NCBI GenBank assembly: GCA_964016885.1
Contig: OZ024742.1
Span: forward strand, 135,718,001-135,782,000
Reading direction: 5' to 3'
Length of the DNA: 64,000 bases
Source of the DNA: Eledone cirrhosa
Taxonomy: Eukaryota
The notes under the pieces were generated by a model. It worked only from the letters and a program-made list of their open reading frames with translations, searched no databases and had not been told where the DNA came from. Position 1 is the first letter of the stretch. Every line of letters begins with the position of its first letter. Both the position numbers and the translations under genes were made by a program. Of this stretch, positions 1 through 13,010 are shown one piece after another.

Positions 1-386
1 ATACTTGAATCATTGTTTGTTTTTACGTTTTCATCTAGAGGTATTTTTCACTTAGGTATTTATTCGTTTTCTTTAATCATTTTTAAGTGTTTTTCTTTGG
101 TGTTAGTTTTCATTTAATTTTTTCCCCTTTTTATTTTCTGTTTTTCTCCTCTGAACTTATATTCATTCGCTTGGTTTGAACTGTTGGATCGATATAACTA
201 ACACATGTGTGTGAAATTTTCTACCGTATGTATATGCATGCATACTGTGTATGTATATGCATGTGAGTATAAACACACACGCACAAGGAAACACACATAC
301 ACCCGCGCACACACAGGGGCTCAAAAGCCTATTCACAAACGTGCTTATATATATATATATCTGTATGTGTGTATTGGGGGGGTATG

Positions 387-392
387 TGTGTG

Positions 393-474
<82 letters not shown>

Positions 475-560
475 TGTGCGTGCGCGTTTGCGTGCGTGTT
501 TGTTTGTGCAAGTGCGTGTGCGTGCGTGTTTGTTTGTGCAAGTGCGTGTGCGTTTCTGTG
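387..560. repeat. (GT)n microsatellite with degenerate flank
   Basis: Long pure GT run, then GCGT/GTTT variants. Confidence 0.95.
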
Positions 561-827
561 TATTGATACGTATATATATATATATAGATATATGCAATTT
601 ATGTTAGCTCAATGTTGTCAGTGTCAAAGGATGTTTTTGACTAAGAAATACAGTCTAGCAAGTTGAGCATATAAACCCCTGGAGACGAAGACAGTGACCA
701 GTGAGAATGTTGTCTTTATTTCTCCGGATTCATGAAAGATATTTTAACAAGAATATTTTTCATAGTTAAAACGTACGATAAAGCTGTTAGCTTTAAGCTA
801 ACAGACTTCAATGATTCAAAACTAGAT

Positions 828-1013
<186 letters not shown>

Positions 1014-1149
1014 AAGAGCAAAACCCAGAGATACGCGAAAAAGGATGTCTATACACAAGTATATATAAACGCGTAGAGCATATATATATTTATTTGTAGA
1101 ACAAATTGAAATGTTATGCAATATATTCATTCTTTCATTCTATGCGACA

Positions 1150-3115
1150 GCCTCTGAAATTGAGAAAAAAATCCATCTGTAGACGCAGAAGTAAATATTT
1201 CAAAAACATTACCTCCAAATATTTCTTTAGGAAAACAGAAAGACACTGTTTAAAGTAAATTCGTTGGCGTACAGGATTGTCATGGCCTACGTGGCACAAA
1301 GAATACAAGTTCTTCTATTTCTGTTATAGGATCTAGCTTTAGCTCAGATCTCTCAGTGTACCCTATATCAGATATTATTCACTTTTAAATTGCAAGTATC
1401 GGCTGAAAGAGAATTCATTTTCCTTCTTCAATTATCCAAAATGAGTGAAAGTGCATGTATCAGTGCTGCTTACATAGATTGGCAGCTATCCCTATGTAAG
1501 CCATACTAGTTGTGTGCGTATCAACCTTATATTCATAAACTATATTACTTCATGGGCATTTCTCGACTAGATGACAGTAATCCCTATTGATGCAATTGCA
1601 GCTAGAACTAACTTCAGGAATGTGTATGTTACTAGAGCTAGGTTATTTAGCTAAGTTTGATGCAATGATGTTGTGTGTGAAGTTTCGAGTTGGGGAATTG
1701 GATATTAAACTCTGTTTCTATTAAGAATATTGCGATATTTATGTGCTAAGAGAAAATGCTCGTAATTAAAGTAAGGAAAGCTTTAGCTATTTGTGAGGCC
1801 ACTTCTATGTTATATGGTGGATTATACCATGTGATGTTTGTAGATCTATTTTCCTTATTTTTTTGCTCGTACTTAGTGTATTCTACCTTATCTAGAAATT
1901 AGCTCTGAGATAGAGCTCAATTGCAACATGTGGAATGATCGGTGAAGTTATGCTCGTTAGCTGCTAAACGTGAAAGCCTCAATGAGATTTTTTTTTTACT
2001 AGATTTCTAGTTTTGCTGGCTGTGTGGTTAGAACGCTTACTAAAGTAATTTAACATGTCATTAGGATTCCCATACCGATAGTATAGGAAATTCATCGAAA
2101 ACAGTTTAGTGCCAATGTGAATGGAAAGCTTGACATATCAAAGAAAACAATAAGCTCCTTTCTAAATCTATCAATAGCTCGGGGTCTGCATTTAGTCATT
2201 GTCAAAAGACCATCATCACGGTATAGACCCCCACATTCATTGGGAGATTCATCCTTGATGAGAAAGAGTATAAATAGACCAATAAGTTATGTGACCTCCG
2301 CCGAATCACCGTTGCCGATGCTCACATCGAAGGGCGTACTATTTGATTTGTTAAGCCAAATAGAGTTGTCGAAATTTATCACAGACTTACGAGCATTTAA
2401 GTTGACATCAATTCCAAAATACTTAATCACCGTGAGGGTTTTGACGACATTAATATATCTAAGAAGGAGTGATAAGGTAATGGAAGAATAGTGGTTGTTG
2501 ATTTCGAATCGGATAAAACAGCTGTGTGCCCTTGAACCAATCAATCAACGCGGAAAGATTATTCCAGATGAATCAAGCGGCCATAACCCTAATTTTTGGT
2601 ATATTTTAAATTCTTTCACTTAGCTTACCTAAATCAGACTGTGTGGGGTTAATGAGAGAATAGATGCATTGATATCGAAATACAGTTCATGATCCTCCAG
2701 AGTAAAATTAGGAGAAAAAGGGTCCAGAGGTTCAGTCCGGTCCGGTCCTTGATATTAGTTCCGAAGTATATTTAAACCAACGTTGTTAATGTCATTAATA
2801 ACACACTGATCAGTTTTGCGTTAATCTTTGGTCACATCATTATGTAGGAATAGGTACTCCTCTCGACTTTGTATAGATTACCAGTTTTATTGGAGTGAAC
2901 ATGCACAGGATTAGAAGTCTATTCTTCAAATGCTGTTGGAAGGGGTTGCTCCTCTTTCAAAGTTTTATAATCCTTATGAGTTCCAGTGCATCCTTTTCGA
3001 AAGGTAATAAAGCTATGTTGCTTTGAGGATAATTGTAAGTCTTAAATCCCAACTTTTCCTGGTGTTTATCAGCTCTTCTCTGGTGATCGAAATAGAAGGC
3101 ACGCCAATGCACTCT
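1150..3115 (-). mobile_element. Decayed Penelope-like element (RT + C-terminal GIY-YIG), many stops and frameshifts
   Basis: Minus-strand translation by eye: GFKTYNYPQ..LLPFEKD (~2990-3050); PFDVSIGNGDSAEVT*LIGLFIL..GGLYRDDGL (~2205-2340); NITWYNPPYN (~1810-1840); CNCINRDYC (1574-1600); NIVYEYKV..AYIG (~1490-1545); KARSY..CILC (~1295-1340). Boundaries approximate. Confidence 0.85.
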
Positions 3116-3244
3116 TCATATATATATATAAATATACATGTAAATATATCCTGTATGTATTTGTGTATATATAGAAGATACATTTATCGTTTATGTATCA
3201 GGCAGGCGAACGTTGGCTAATAGTATTTATATGTATATATATTT

Positions 3245-3248
3245 GTGC

Positions 3249-3331
<83 letters not shown>

Positions 3332-3436
3332 TATGTGTATGTGTGTGTGTGTATATGTGTGTGTGTATATGTGTGTGTGTGTGCGTGTGTGTACATGCGC
3401 ATGAGCGTGTGTGTGTGTGCATGTAATATGTGTGGG
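3245..3436. repeat. (GT)n/(GA)n compound microsatellite
   Basis: Directly visible. Confidence 0.95.
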
Positions 3437-3674
3437 TCTGTGTTGTTGATTCCCAACCTGCTAGAAATAGCAGTCAGATTGGTCAGCACATCGAGGATCC
3501 TTTTCTTCTTCTTTGATTTTTAAAAATTTGTATAAATAAACCTTCTTGAGTAAACCTTTATTTTATTGCTGTACTTACTTTTCGATTGTCAGTTTCTGTT
3601 TTTGTGTTGTGCGCAAAGGTAATTAACCAAGAAACAACTCTCTTATATATTATGTATAAATATATATATATATA

Positions 3675-4928
3675 TATATGAAAAACATAGGGAGAAGAAT
3701 ACTGCAAGGTTGCACATGGAATACATATTATAAAATGAGTCCCTCATCAGTGATTTGCCAACGATCATTGGTATTTCAACGCATTAAAAATCATATACCT
3801 CAGGTTGGTGCGAGCAATAACTAAAATAAGCTATTGGGACAAGTGAAACGCGTAAAGCGAGTGAGACAAGTAAACAACATAAGAGGAAAAGCTAACCGAA
3901 GATGGGAAGAAAAACAAGCAACATGGTTATCGGATCAGCATAAGCTGGGTGAATATCATGAGCGCTCAGGAAACAGACCTTTCGCTGTGAAGGGGATGTG
4001 AGAAAGAAAGAATCCCTCTCCTAGCGAACGGGAGGAAGTGACAAGGGGAGAAACAGAGAGTGAGTGAGTGGAAGTGTGAGGAGGAGGTCAGTCGAGAGAA
4101 ATTGTTAACTGACAGAGGGGACGAAAGAAGGTAAGAGAAACAGAGAGAACAGGGGAGCAGTAAGAGAGAAAGAGAGAAAAAGATAATCGCAGTTTAGGTA
4201 AATATATGAAAAAGATGGGGAGAAGAATACTGCATGGTTGCACATGGAATACATATTATAAAATTAGTCCCTCATCAGTGATTTGCCAACGATCATTGGT
4301 ATTTCATCGCATTAAAAATCATATACCTCAGGTTGGTGCGAGCAATAACTAAAATAAGCTATTGGGACAAGTGAAACGGGTAAAGCGAGTGAGACAAGTA
4401 AACAACATAAGAGGAAAAGCTAACCGAAGATGGGAAGAAAAACAAGCAACATGGTTATCGGATCAGCATAAGCTGGGTGAATATCATGAGCGCTCAGGAA
4501 ACAGACCTTTCGCTGTGAAGGGGATGTGAGAAAGAAAGAATCCCTCTCCTAGCGAACGGGAGGAAGTGACAAGGGGAGAAACAGAGAGTGAGTGAGTGGA
4601 AGTGTGAGGAGGAAGTCAGTCGAGAGAAATTGTTAACTGACAGAGGGGACGAAAGAAGGTAAGAGAAACAGAGAGAACAGGGGAGCAGTAAGAGAGAAAG
4701 GGAGAAAAAGATAATCGCAGTTTAGGTAAATATATGAAAAAGATGGGGAGAAGAATACTGCATGGTTGCACATGGAATACATATTATAAAATTAGTCCCT
4801 CATCAGTGATTTGCCAACGATCATTGGTATTTCATCGCATTAAAAATCATATACCTCAGGTTGGTGCGAGCAATAACTAAAATAAGCTATTGGGACAAGT
4901 GAAACGGGTAAAGCGAGTGAGACAAGTA

Positions 4929-4937
<9 letters not shown>
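3675..4937. repeat. 528-bp unit, ~2.4 tandem copies, flanked by (TA)n; probable non-autonomous retroelement
   Basis: AGAAGAATACTGC recurs at 3693, 4221 and 4749; copies near-identical; TA runs on both sides. Confidence 0.9.
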
Positions 4938-4996
<59 letters not shown>

Positions 4997-4999
4997 TAT

Positions 5000-5236
5000 A
5001 AGTGTTCAAGTTTACGTGGAAAAAGTAAAAGGAATGAAGAGTGCTCTATGTAAGTAACAGAGCTAAATATTTAATGTATAATAAACAACACAGTATAATT
5101 ACCTCATTGCACGAGGTTTCCCGAACAGGACGAACACAAGAGACATCCGCATTCGTTCGACAAACGAATGCGGACGTCTCTTGTGTTCGTCATGTTCGGG
5201 AAACCTCGTGTAATGAGGTAATTATATTGTGTTGTT

Positions 5237-5243
<7 letters not shown>
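5000..5243 (-). mobile_element. (TA)n-embedded fold-back element with hammerhead 3' half
   Basis: Inverted repeat 5077-5243; right arm reads GAAA-CCTCGTGTAATGAGG-TA (5200-5220; stem III plus GUA triplet); unique tail 5000-5076. Confidence 0.75.
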
Positions 5244-5279
<36 letters not shown>

Positions 5280-5666
5280 ATAACAAGTTATCGTTTTAGG
5301 TAATCCAGTTAGAGATTGTGAGAACTCTGTACTATGGATAATTTTAACGTGCGGCGTTGTTTGACTCAACAAGAGGTTTCCTTAGTTAGGTAGCGAGTTT
5401 GTGATATTTCCCATGCAGGTCATTTTTGGAGTAATAGTTGTGAAAGAGTGAAGAATAACATGATCAGGTGAATCTAAAGGCCGCTGATCACTTGGAATTG
5501 CGTCACTCGACCTTACATAGTGTCTGTCTCTGATCAAATCATCGGAATACCTGAGGGTGTAACACATGCCATTGGTATTTATAGATACAAGGAAACAATT
5601 GTTAATACTATAAATAAAACCCTAGTTGTGCAGCCGATCCTGTTATTCCTTTCACTATATATATAT

Positions 5667-5866
5667 AACGAAGGAAGTGTAGTAAGGAGCTAGGTGGACC
5701 ATAACGCACCAGAGTACTCAATACTTAGAGTAGGAGACTGGGTAATAGGAAATTGTTCAAGACCCGACGGCAGAGCTCAAGCCATTTCGATTGCTATTTC
5801 TGAAAATAGTCCAGAAATAGCCATTGAAACGGCTTGAGCTCTGCTGTCGGGTCTTGAACAATTTCC
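5667..5866 (-). mobile_element. Fold-back element family A, copy 1
   Basis: Tail ACGAAGGAAGTG..GGACCATAACGCACC plus palindrome 5748-5866; related copies at 15814, 45253 and 45524. Confidence 0.85.
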
Positions 5867-5919
5867 AATATATATATATATTGTTATACTTGTCGAGGGT
5901 CATATTGTTGTAATATTGC

Positions 5920-6034
5920 TCAGAAATAATATGTATATATATATAAGTCGAGCTACTTTCGTCAAATCGGACCGAGGAAACAATGTTTCCGTTGGTCTTT
6001 CCCATTGCTAATAGTCTTTATCGGTCGCAACTCC
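5920..6034 (-). repeat. Left arm of a 115-bp inverted repeat (partner 6741-6857)
   Basis: Near-exact reverse complement of 6741-6857. Confidence 0.9.
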
Positions 6035-6140
6035 AGGTAGAAGGAGCAACGTGAAATAAAGTGTCTTGCTCAAGGACATAACGCATCGCTTGATCCAATT
6101 GCGAATTCAGTTCTCTAACCACTCATCCACGCGCCTTCAC
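6035..6140 (-). mobile_element. tRNA-derived SINE fragment (family 2)
   Basis: Reverse complement of GTGAAGGCGCGTGG..GTGGTTAG..CCTTGAGCAAGACACTTTATTTCACGTTGCTCC; related to 12858 and 57140. Confidence 0.7.
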
Positions 6141-6579
<439 letters not shown>

Positions 6580-6603
6580 TAATTTATTAAAATAACAGAT
6601 TAA

Positions 6604-6653
6604 AGTTTAAGCAAAGAATCGCTGCTTTCACCTTAACTTGATCTTCTGAAACT
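6604..6653 (-). ncRNA. Hammerhead-like motif, CAGAAGA (U4A) family; stem II degenerate in this copy
   Basis: Minus strand: AGTTT-CAGAAGA-TCAAGTTAAGGT-GAAA-GCAGCGATTCTTTGC-TT-AAACT. Confidence 0.5.
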
Positions 6654-6740
6654 AATATATATATATTATTATTACTATATATATATATATTATTATATAT
6701 ATTATTACTATATATATTATTAATATATATATTTATATAT

Positions 6741-6857
6741 GGAGTTGCGACCGATAAAGAGTATTAGCAATGGGAAAGACCAACGGAAACATTGTTTCCT
6801 CGGTCCGATTTGACGAAAGTAGCTCGACTTATATATATATATACATATTATTTCTGA
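6741..6857 (+). repeat. Right arm of 115-bp inverted repeat
   Basis: Reverse complement of 5920-6034; contains GAC-GAAA-GTAGC-TC-GACT, a possible hammerhead 3' half. Confidence 0.9.
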
Positions 6858-7919
6858 TATTATTATATATATTATTACTATATATATTATTAATATATAT
6901 ATTATTACTATATATATATATATATAACGACGGTGCCGTTTTATAAAATGTCTATTTCGTCCATCCTAATTGATTTTTATAATCTGACTTCACTAAGCTA
7001 TTTATACACAGACAAATATTCACTGAATTCTGAACTGACCGAATTTGAGCAATATGGTGCGATGATATGTAGTTGGTTGGTTTATGTGGCATGGTAGGTG
7101 GCCTGGTAAGATGTGGGAAGTATATCTAAAGAGTGAAATACATTTTGTAACCAGCACCACGAAGCCGAATGTCATAACGTTGAGTCTTTCATTATTCCAT
7201 TATTCCCAGAAGATTTACGACCGTCTTGCTTGACCAGTGGATATTTACAGGAGAAAGTCACCAACAAACCAATCAACCAATCAACTGTTTTCTGCTAGCA
7301 ATCGCTAACATCTTCAATATCACTATATCACCATTTTTCTCACTACTAGCACCAGCACTTCCACCACACGAATTGCCGCCTCGCCTCAAACATTATCACC
7401 ACCGCTGGTGCACATAAAATAACAATAACGATGGTCATTTAGACCGACTAACATAGTTTTATGTAGCAGCCGTAAAGAAAGAACGATAGATACATAGATA
7501 GATTGAAAGAAAGAAAGAAAGGAAACAGAAAGAAAGAGTGAGAGAGAAATAAAGCCAAAATGGAGAAGAGAAAGAAAGAAAAATGAACAATAAAAGATGT
7601 CTTCTAATGTGACTTTTTGAGTAATTTCCGGTTAACGAATCTCTTTCTACATATCTGCCTATTTATCTGTTTTCTTTGTCTGTATATCCGTCTGTCTCCA
7701 TAAATAGGCATGCCTATATATCACTCTGCATTTCCATCTTTTATCCATCTAACTATCTGTCTAATTTTCTGTCTATGCCACTGTCTGTCTATACTTTCTT
7801 TTCTTCGGCTTTTGTATATATAAGTATATATATATATATATATATACATTCATCATTTATTTTCCATTTCTCTTTGGTCCTCTCTCTCGCTCTCACTGTC
7901 TTACTTTCTCACTCTTTTA

Positions 7920-7972
<53 letters not shown>

Positions 7973-7991
7973 TCAGAAGATATATATATAT

Positions 7992-8040
7992 GTTACAGAA
8001 GATCCCGTTAAGGGTGAAAACAGCGATTCTTTGCTTAAAC
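7992..8040 (+). ncRNA. Hammerhead-like motif, CAGAAGA (U4A) family
   Basis: GTTA-CAGAAGA-T-CCC-GTTAA-GGG-T-GAAA-ACAGCGATTCTTTGC-TT-AAAC; same short element at 6582, 27499 and 28998. Confidence 0.55.
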
Positions 8041-8368
8041 CTTAATCTATTATTTTAATAAATATATATATATATACAAAATTAAGATAAATCAAAGTGA
8101 ATTTAATCTAAATCAACCTTGTTGAAAATCCAAGTATCGGCTTCCGTTGTTTACCATTCGATTAATTGGTGAAATATATTTCTTTAATGGAATATATACA
8201 GGGAAGATTAATCATATCATAAGGTATTTATTTTTGAAGTTCTAGTTAACTTTATTTAGTTACCTACCTAGCTATCTGTGCTTACACACTTGTAAAAATT
8301 ATCCCCTGTGAGTGTTTCATATGTTTATTTATATGTTAATCAATTTCTAGTTGTTATATATATAGATA

Positions 8369-8563
8369 TATAAACGTTTGAATTTATAAAGCCAAACAAT
8401 GCAGGTATGGACATAGAATAAAAATGCAAATGCAAAAGATATTGTTGACAATTAGTCTATTACCTTAGATTTATTTAAATGTCCTTAATTTTCGAGATAA
8501 TATCTCTTATTCGGAGGGAAGTAAAGCGGTTAAACCAGTGTTCTAAATAGTTTGCCAAGTCAT
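8369..8563 (-). repeat. 3' pseudo-LTR of PLE
   Basis: A few mismatches to 11518-11712; hammerhead 8483-8517 has G8>U (CCGAATA). Confidence 0.95.
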
Positions 8564-8710
8564 GCTGACAGGAAATGGTATAGAGTATCTGTTCTATCTC
8601 TAATGTCAAAGAGTTAAGGTTAGGGGGATAAAGAGTAGTTTCGCTTTAAAAATATTTTTTTTTTGTACATGTCTGTTTAAGTGTGTGCGAGAATGCGTGA
8701 ATGTGTAAGT

Positions 8711-8766
<56 letters not shown>

Positions 8767-8958
8767 TGTGAGAAGATATGTCTATACGTAAATGTGGGGG
8801 ATAGATGTTCTCTCGTGCTAGAACTGGTCTTTGTGTGTGTATGTGTGTGTGAGAGAGAGAATAAGTGGAGGTTTAAGCGCGTGTGTGTGTGTGTGTGTGT
8901 TTGGGGGTGTAAGTATGGGGCTAGATGCTCTGTGACGTTATAAATTGGGTGTTGAGTT

Positions 8959-11505
8959 CTAGTCTATTATTGATTGGTGGTTGTGTTTGTCTATAATTAG
9001 TGCTTCCTTAATTCTAAGATTGCCGAGGTTTCTTTCCTTAGTTTCTATCCTAACTGTTATGGTTTTGTCGGTGTTTTTGCATTTAACTAGGTGTTTCTTA
9101 AATGAGGAAGCGTTAGTATTGAGGTGTTCTTTTATTGTTATGTAGAGTGGTCTGGTGGTGCTACCTACGTAGAAGTTGCTGCATTTGTCGCAGTCTAGTC
9201 TGTATACGACGTAAGCCTGGTGGCATAGGTCTGTGTCGTTGATGGGGCAGTTGGCTAGCCTGCAGCGGTTGTCATGTCTGGTGGAGTGTCTTTTGGTTAG
9301 CTGTTCGCGTAGAGAAGGTCCTGAGTGGGCCAGTTGAATATCTAGACCCTCTCGTCTGATAGCTCTGCGGATGGCTGTTGTTGTTTCGTCACTGAAGTGT
9401 GGGAGCTTCAGGAAGCAAGTGTTAGTGCCTTGGGTGTGGTGTCCTCTGTTCTTTCTGGTACGGTTTGTGGTGGATGTGGTGTATCCGTTCAGTTTGAGTA
9501 CTTCCAGGAAATGTGTAGTGCGTGTATCGCGGTCTGTAGCGTCGGTGCATTTGTTCCGGATACGTGTTAGTTCGTTCCTGATGTACCCGAGCTTAGCGCC
9601 GACTGGGAGAGCCGATCTGAAATGTACGAACAGGTCCCTGCTGGCGGCCTTTATATAGAAGCAGGTGTGGATGTTGCCTTCCTCTGTTACCCTGAGTTGG
9701 AAGTCCAGTAGGGATAGGGATCCGCGGTCATCGGGGTGTTCCATGCTGAACTTTATACTGGGGTCCATGCTGGGGAATGTTGTGTATATTTTATCCGCCT
9801 CCTCACGGGATGATGTAAGGATGAGTATGTGATCTACATATCGGGTGAAGAAGGTATGGGAATGGCAGGTGTTGAGGGCTCGGCATTCTACCTGGTTCAT
9901 ATAGGTGATGGCCAGCAGGGTCGATAGGCTGGATCCCAGGGGTAATCCAGTTGTCTGTCTGTATGTGTGGTGGTGGAATGTGAAGTACGTGTTGTCCACT
10001 ATGAAGGACAAAAGCTGGTGTATGTCCGTCGGATGGAGGCCGTAGCAGTGGATGTCCTCCGTGACCACGCAGTCTGTCAATAAATCGACAGCTGGGTGAG
10101 CGGGGACGGTAGTGTAGAGGGAGACAATGTCGAGGCTAAAGGCGTATCTATTTAGTTTAAGTTGTTCTCGCTGGAGTTGGTGTAGTCTACGTATGACTTC
10201 GTCGGAGCTACTGACGAACCCGGGAAAGGTGGAGAGTAGAGGCTTGAGGACCTGAGAGAGGAGCCAGGAAATTTTGTATAGGGGTCCTTCTATGCTAGAG
10301 ACGATGGGTCTTATTTGTGTCTTAGTACTATTTTTGATGAGGTGGTAGAAAGTGGGCAGTCTGCTATTTCTAGTGGTGTAGTTGAGCTTAACTGTATTTG
10401 GGAGTTGTCTTCACCTACAGATGTCGGACCAGATGGAGTTGGTCTGTTTTTAGATCTGGGCTGCAGTCATGTCCGGGATCTCTGTTTATAGTTCATTGTC
10501 GCTTAGGTGTTCAAAGGCTAGGTTGTTGTATGTGGCTTGAGAGATGACGCAAAACTCTTTACCTTTGTCGGATGGTAAGTATATAAGTTCCCTATTCCGT
10601 AGGTTCTTCAGGGCGAGTTGTTGTGTCCTGGAGAGGTTTGGGGCTATCTTCTTCTGTTTCCGTAAGATGTTAAATACGGAATGTTTTAGCATCGAGAGTT
10701 TTTCTTCAAGCTCGCGGTTGGCAGGGTGTGGACAGATTGGGTGATCCAGTTGGTATTTCGGGAATCTGGGTTTGTTAGATTCCGTGGTGTTGTTGCCAAG
10801 AGTCGATATCCATTTTAGTTGGTAGGCAGCCCGACAGAAATTCGTTTCTATGTCGAGCCATAATTTGTCATCCAATCTCTGTTTCAATATGAACTTGGGA
10901 CCCAGGCTGAGGCGGTCTAATTCCTCTCGGGAGAGTGATCCTGTCAAGTCTGTGACCAGGTGTTTTGCGTCAGGTGTGTTGTTGGTCGGCGCGCCGCTAG
11001 GTTCGGTGTTGGTACCGTCTTGTTCGCCTCTGTTGGTGCTTAGAGTTGGGATGTTGTTAAGACGATTAGCCGTGCTGAATTTGAGAAATGTTTGCGTTAG
11101 GCGTATTTTCTTGCAATCTCGGCGATGGTGGTATGACCTGTCTTTAGCGGCGGAGATAACTCTGGACAGAGGATCTGGGGTTTCAGCGAGTTGTGGTACA
11201 AGACTGGAAATAGTCTGTATGTGTTGTTGTAGCGTGCGGTGTAGGTGTTGTATGAGTTTTCTTAGGCAGAATGTTTGTATGTAGCTAAGTGATCGTTTGA
11301 GGCCTCGTGATTTGAAGCATGTTGGTAGGTGCAAGTTTTTGATAGTTTTGGGGATGATGTTGTTATTCAGGCCTCGTTTTAGGAAGTTTATTTGGCAGCC
11401 GGCTTTGGCGCGCTTTTCAGATAGTTGGAAGAGTTTCTTTACAGTTCTGAACTGGGCCTGGCTCAGGCGTAAGGAAATGAGGAAGTTATTGTTCACTTGA
11501 AGCAT
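8959..11505 (-). pseudogene. PLE reverse transcriptase-GIY-YIG endonuclease ORF, disabled
   Basis: ATG at 11505; LSLGPKF, YLPSDKG, YAFSLDIVSLYTTVP (~10105-10149), GLPLGSSLS, RYVDHI (catalytic YVDD>YVDH), CRLANCP..C, VVYRLDCDKCSNFYVGST, KEH/KKH, KEALII. Stops between 10486 and ~10380 and a probable terminal frameshift. Confidence 0.93.
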
Positions 11506-11517
11506 TGTGTAATGAGG

Positions 11518-11712
11518 TATAAACGTTTGAATTTGTAAAGCCAAACAATGCAGGTATGGACATAGAATAAAAATGCAAATGTAAAAGATATTGTTGACAA
11601 TTAGTCTATTACCTTAGATTTATTTAAATGTCCTTAATTTTCGAGATAATATCTCTTCTTCGGAGGGAAGTAAAGCGGTTAAACCAGTGTTCTAAATAGC
11701 TTGCCAAGTCAT
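11518..11712 (-). repeat. 5' pseudo-LTR of PLE
   Basis: Direct repeat of 8369-8563. Confidence 0.95.
11632..11666 (-). ncRNA. Minimal type I hammerhead in pLTR (U4C, extra A after A9)
   Basis: CCT-CCGAAGA-A-GAGAT-ATT-ATCTC-GAA-AATT-A-AGG; palindromic AATT stem III. Confidence 0.7.
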
Positions 11713-11780
<68 letters not shown>

Positions 11781-12696
11781 ATCTGTTTCTCCCTATATAC
11801 ACATGTGTTTTGTGTCTTGATCAGTCTTTCTAGTATTTTCAGTCCTCAATTCCGTTTTTCTTACTTTCCATTTCATTCATATTTGCGTTTCGTATACTCT
11901 TGCCTTCTTGCAATTCTTCCTTCACTGTCTTTAGGCATATTTGTCAATTCTTCTCACACTCCTCTCAATTCTATTACAGATTTTAGTCATTGAAATACCA
12001 CTATGCTGGGACACTATCTTCTGGGTTTCAGTCAATTATATGTACTCGTATAGATTTCCTGGTTTGTAGATGTGCACGTATGTAAAGAATGGAAAGCAAC
12101 GATGTTAGTTGATATGATCTAACCTTTATGGCACACGATATTCAGCTGTTCTATTATACTAATATAGCAAATATTTATTTCGGGTTTTGTGGTTTGCTTC
12201 CCTTTATATTCTTTTGACTTTTGTTTTTTGCTGGTTTCAGTCATTATACTACGGACATGCTGGGCCACCGCCTTCAAAGTTTTAATCGACCGTATCGACT
12301 CCAGTTTGACTTATCGAGCATTTTTTATTAAACTGCTAAGTCATGTGATAAACAAAACAACAGAACAGACACGTACACACACATTCATACACACGATAAT
12401 CGTTGAGAAACTTTTAATCAGGTACCCTTTATTTCCTACCACTAAAAAAAAAAATAAATATATATATATACAGGAATTTATGCTCAGAAACATTTATAAC
12501 CGAATTGTGCCCTCGGTCGGTTATCTTGGCGTCACATTTTATAACTACGGTATTTAACTCTGGACTTAATGTTTGTTTTTAACTTTCCATCCATTGAGTG
12601 CTCTGTGACTGCCTGAAAACAAATCGAAGGTAATGTTTGTGAGTGTAGTTATGATAGGGATGAATGAAAAGAATAGGCGAATTTGTCCGGAATTTG

Positions 12697-12787
12697 ACTT
12701 CTGATGAAGTTCACAAAAACCCATCCACTGGCTTAATATTTTAAATGCAGCAATGGTGGGACACCGTATTGAAACTTATAGTTAAGT
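12697..12787 (+). ncRNA. Type I hammerhead-like motif with long, partly degenerate stem II
   Basis: ACTT-CTGATGA-(CCCATCCA..TGGTGGG hairpin)-GAA-ACT-TAT-AGT-T-AAGT. Confidence 0.55.
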
Positions 12788-12857
12788 ATAATAAGAGCAG
12801 TAAATCATTGGTTCGTTCAATAATCGCAACAGAAGCCATGTAACAAGAGGTACCACA

Positions 12858-13010
12858 TGAACGCGCATGGCTTAGTGGTTAGCGCATTGGGCTTGCAATC
12901 GAAAGATTGTGAGTTCAATTCTCGGACAGGGTGATATGTTGTTTCCTTGAGCAATACACTTTATTTCACGTTGCTCCAGTTTACTCAGCTGTAGAAATGA
13001 GATGATAGGA
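12858..13010 (+). mobile_element. tRNA-derived SINE (family 2)
   Basis: A-box-like TGGCTTAGTGG, B-box-like GTTCAATTC, body CCTTGAGCAATACACTTTATTTCACGTTGCTCCAG. Confidence 0.75.

Larger units (their letters stand above)
8369..11712 (-). mobile_element. Penelope-like retroelement, near full length, with direct pseudo-LTRs
   Basis: 195-bp direct repeats at 8369-8563 and 11518-11712 flank an RT/GIY-YIG ORF; both ends abut TA-rich sequence. Confidence 0.95.

Noticed and set aside
3725-3815. Complete hammerhead in the 528-bp unit
   Set aside because: CTGATGA is present on the minus strand, but I could not close GAAA, stem III and stem I in register.
8140-8205. Hammerhead at GAAATATATTTC..GAATATATA
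   Set aside because: Only a 3'-half-like hairpin; no CTGANGA and no second copy.
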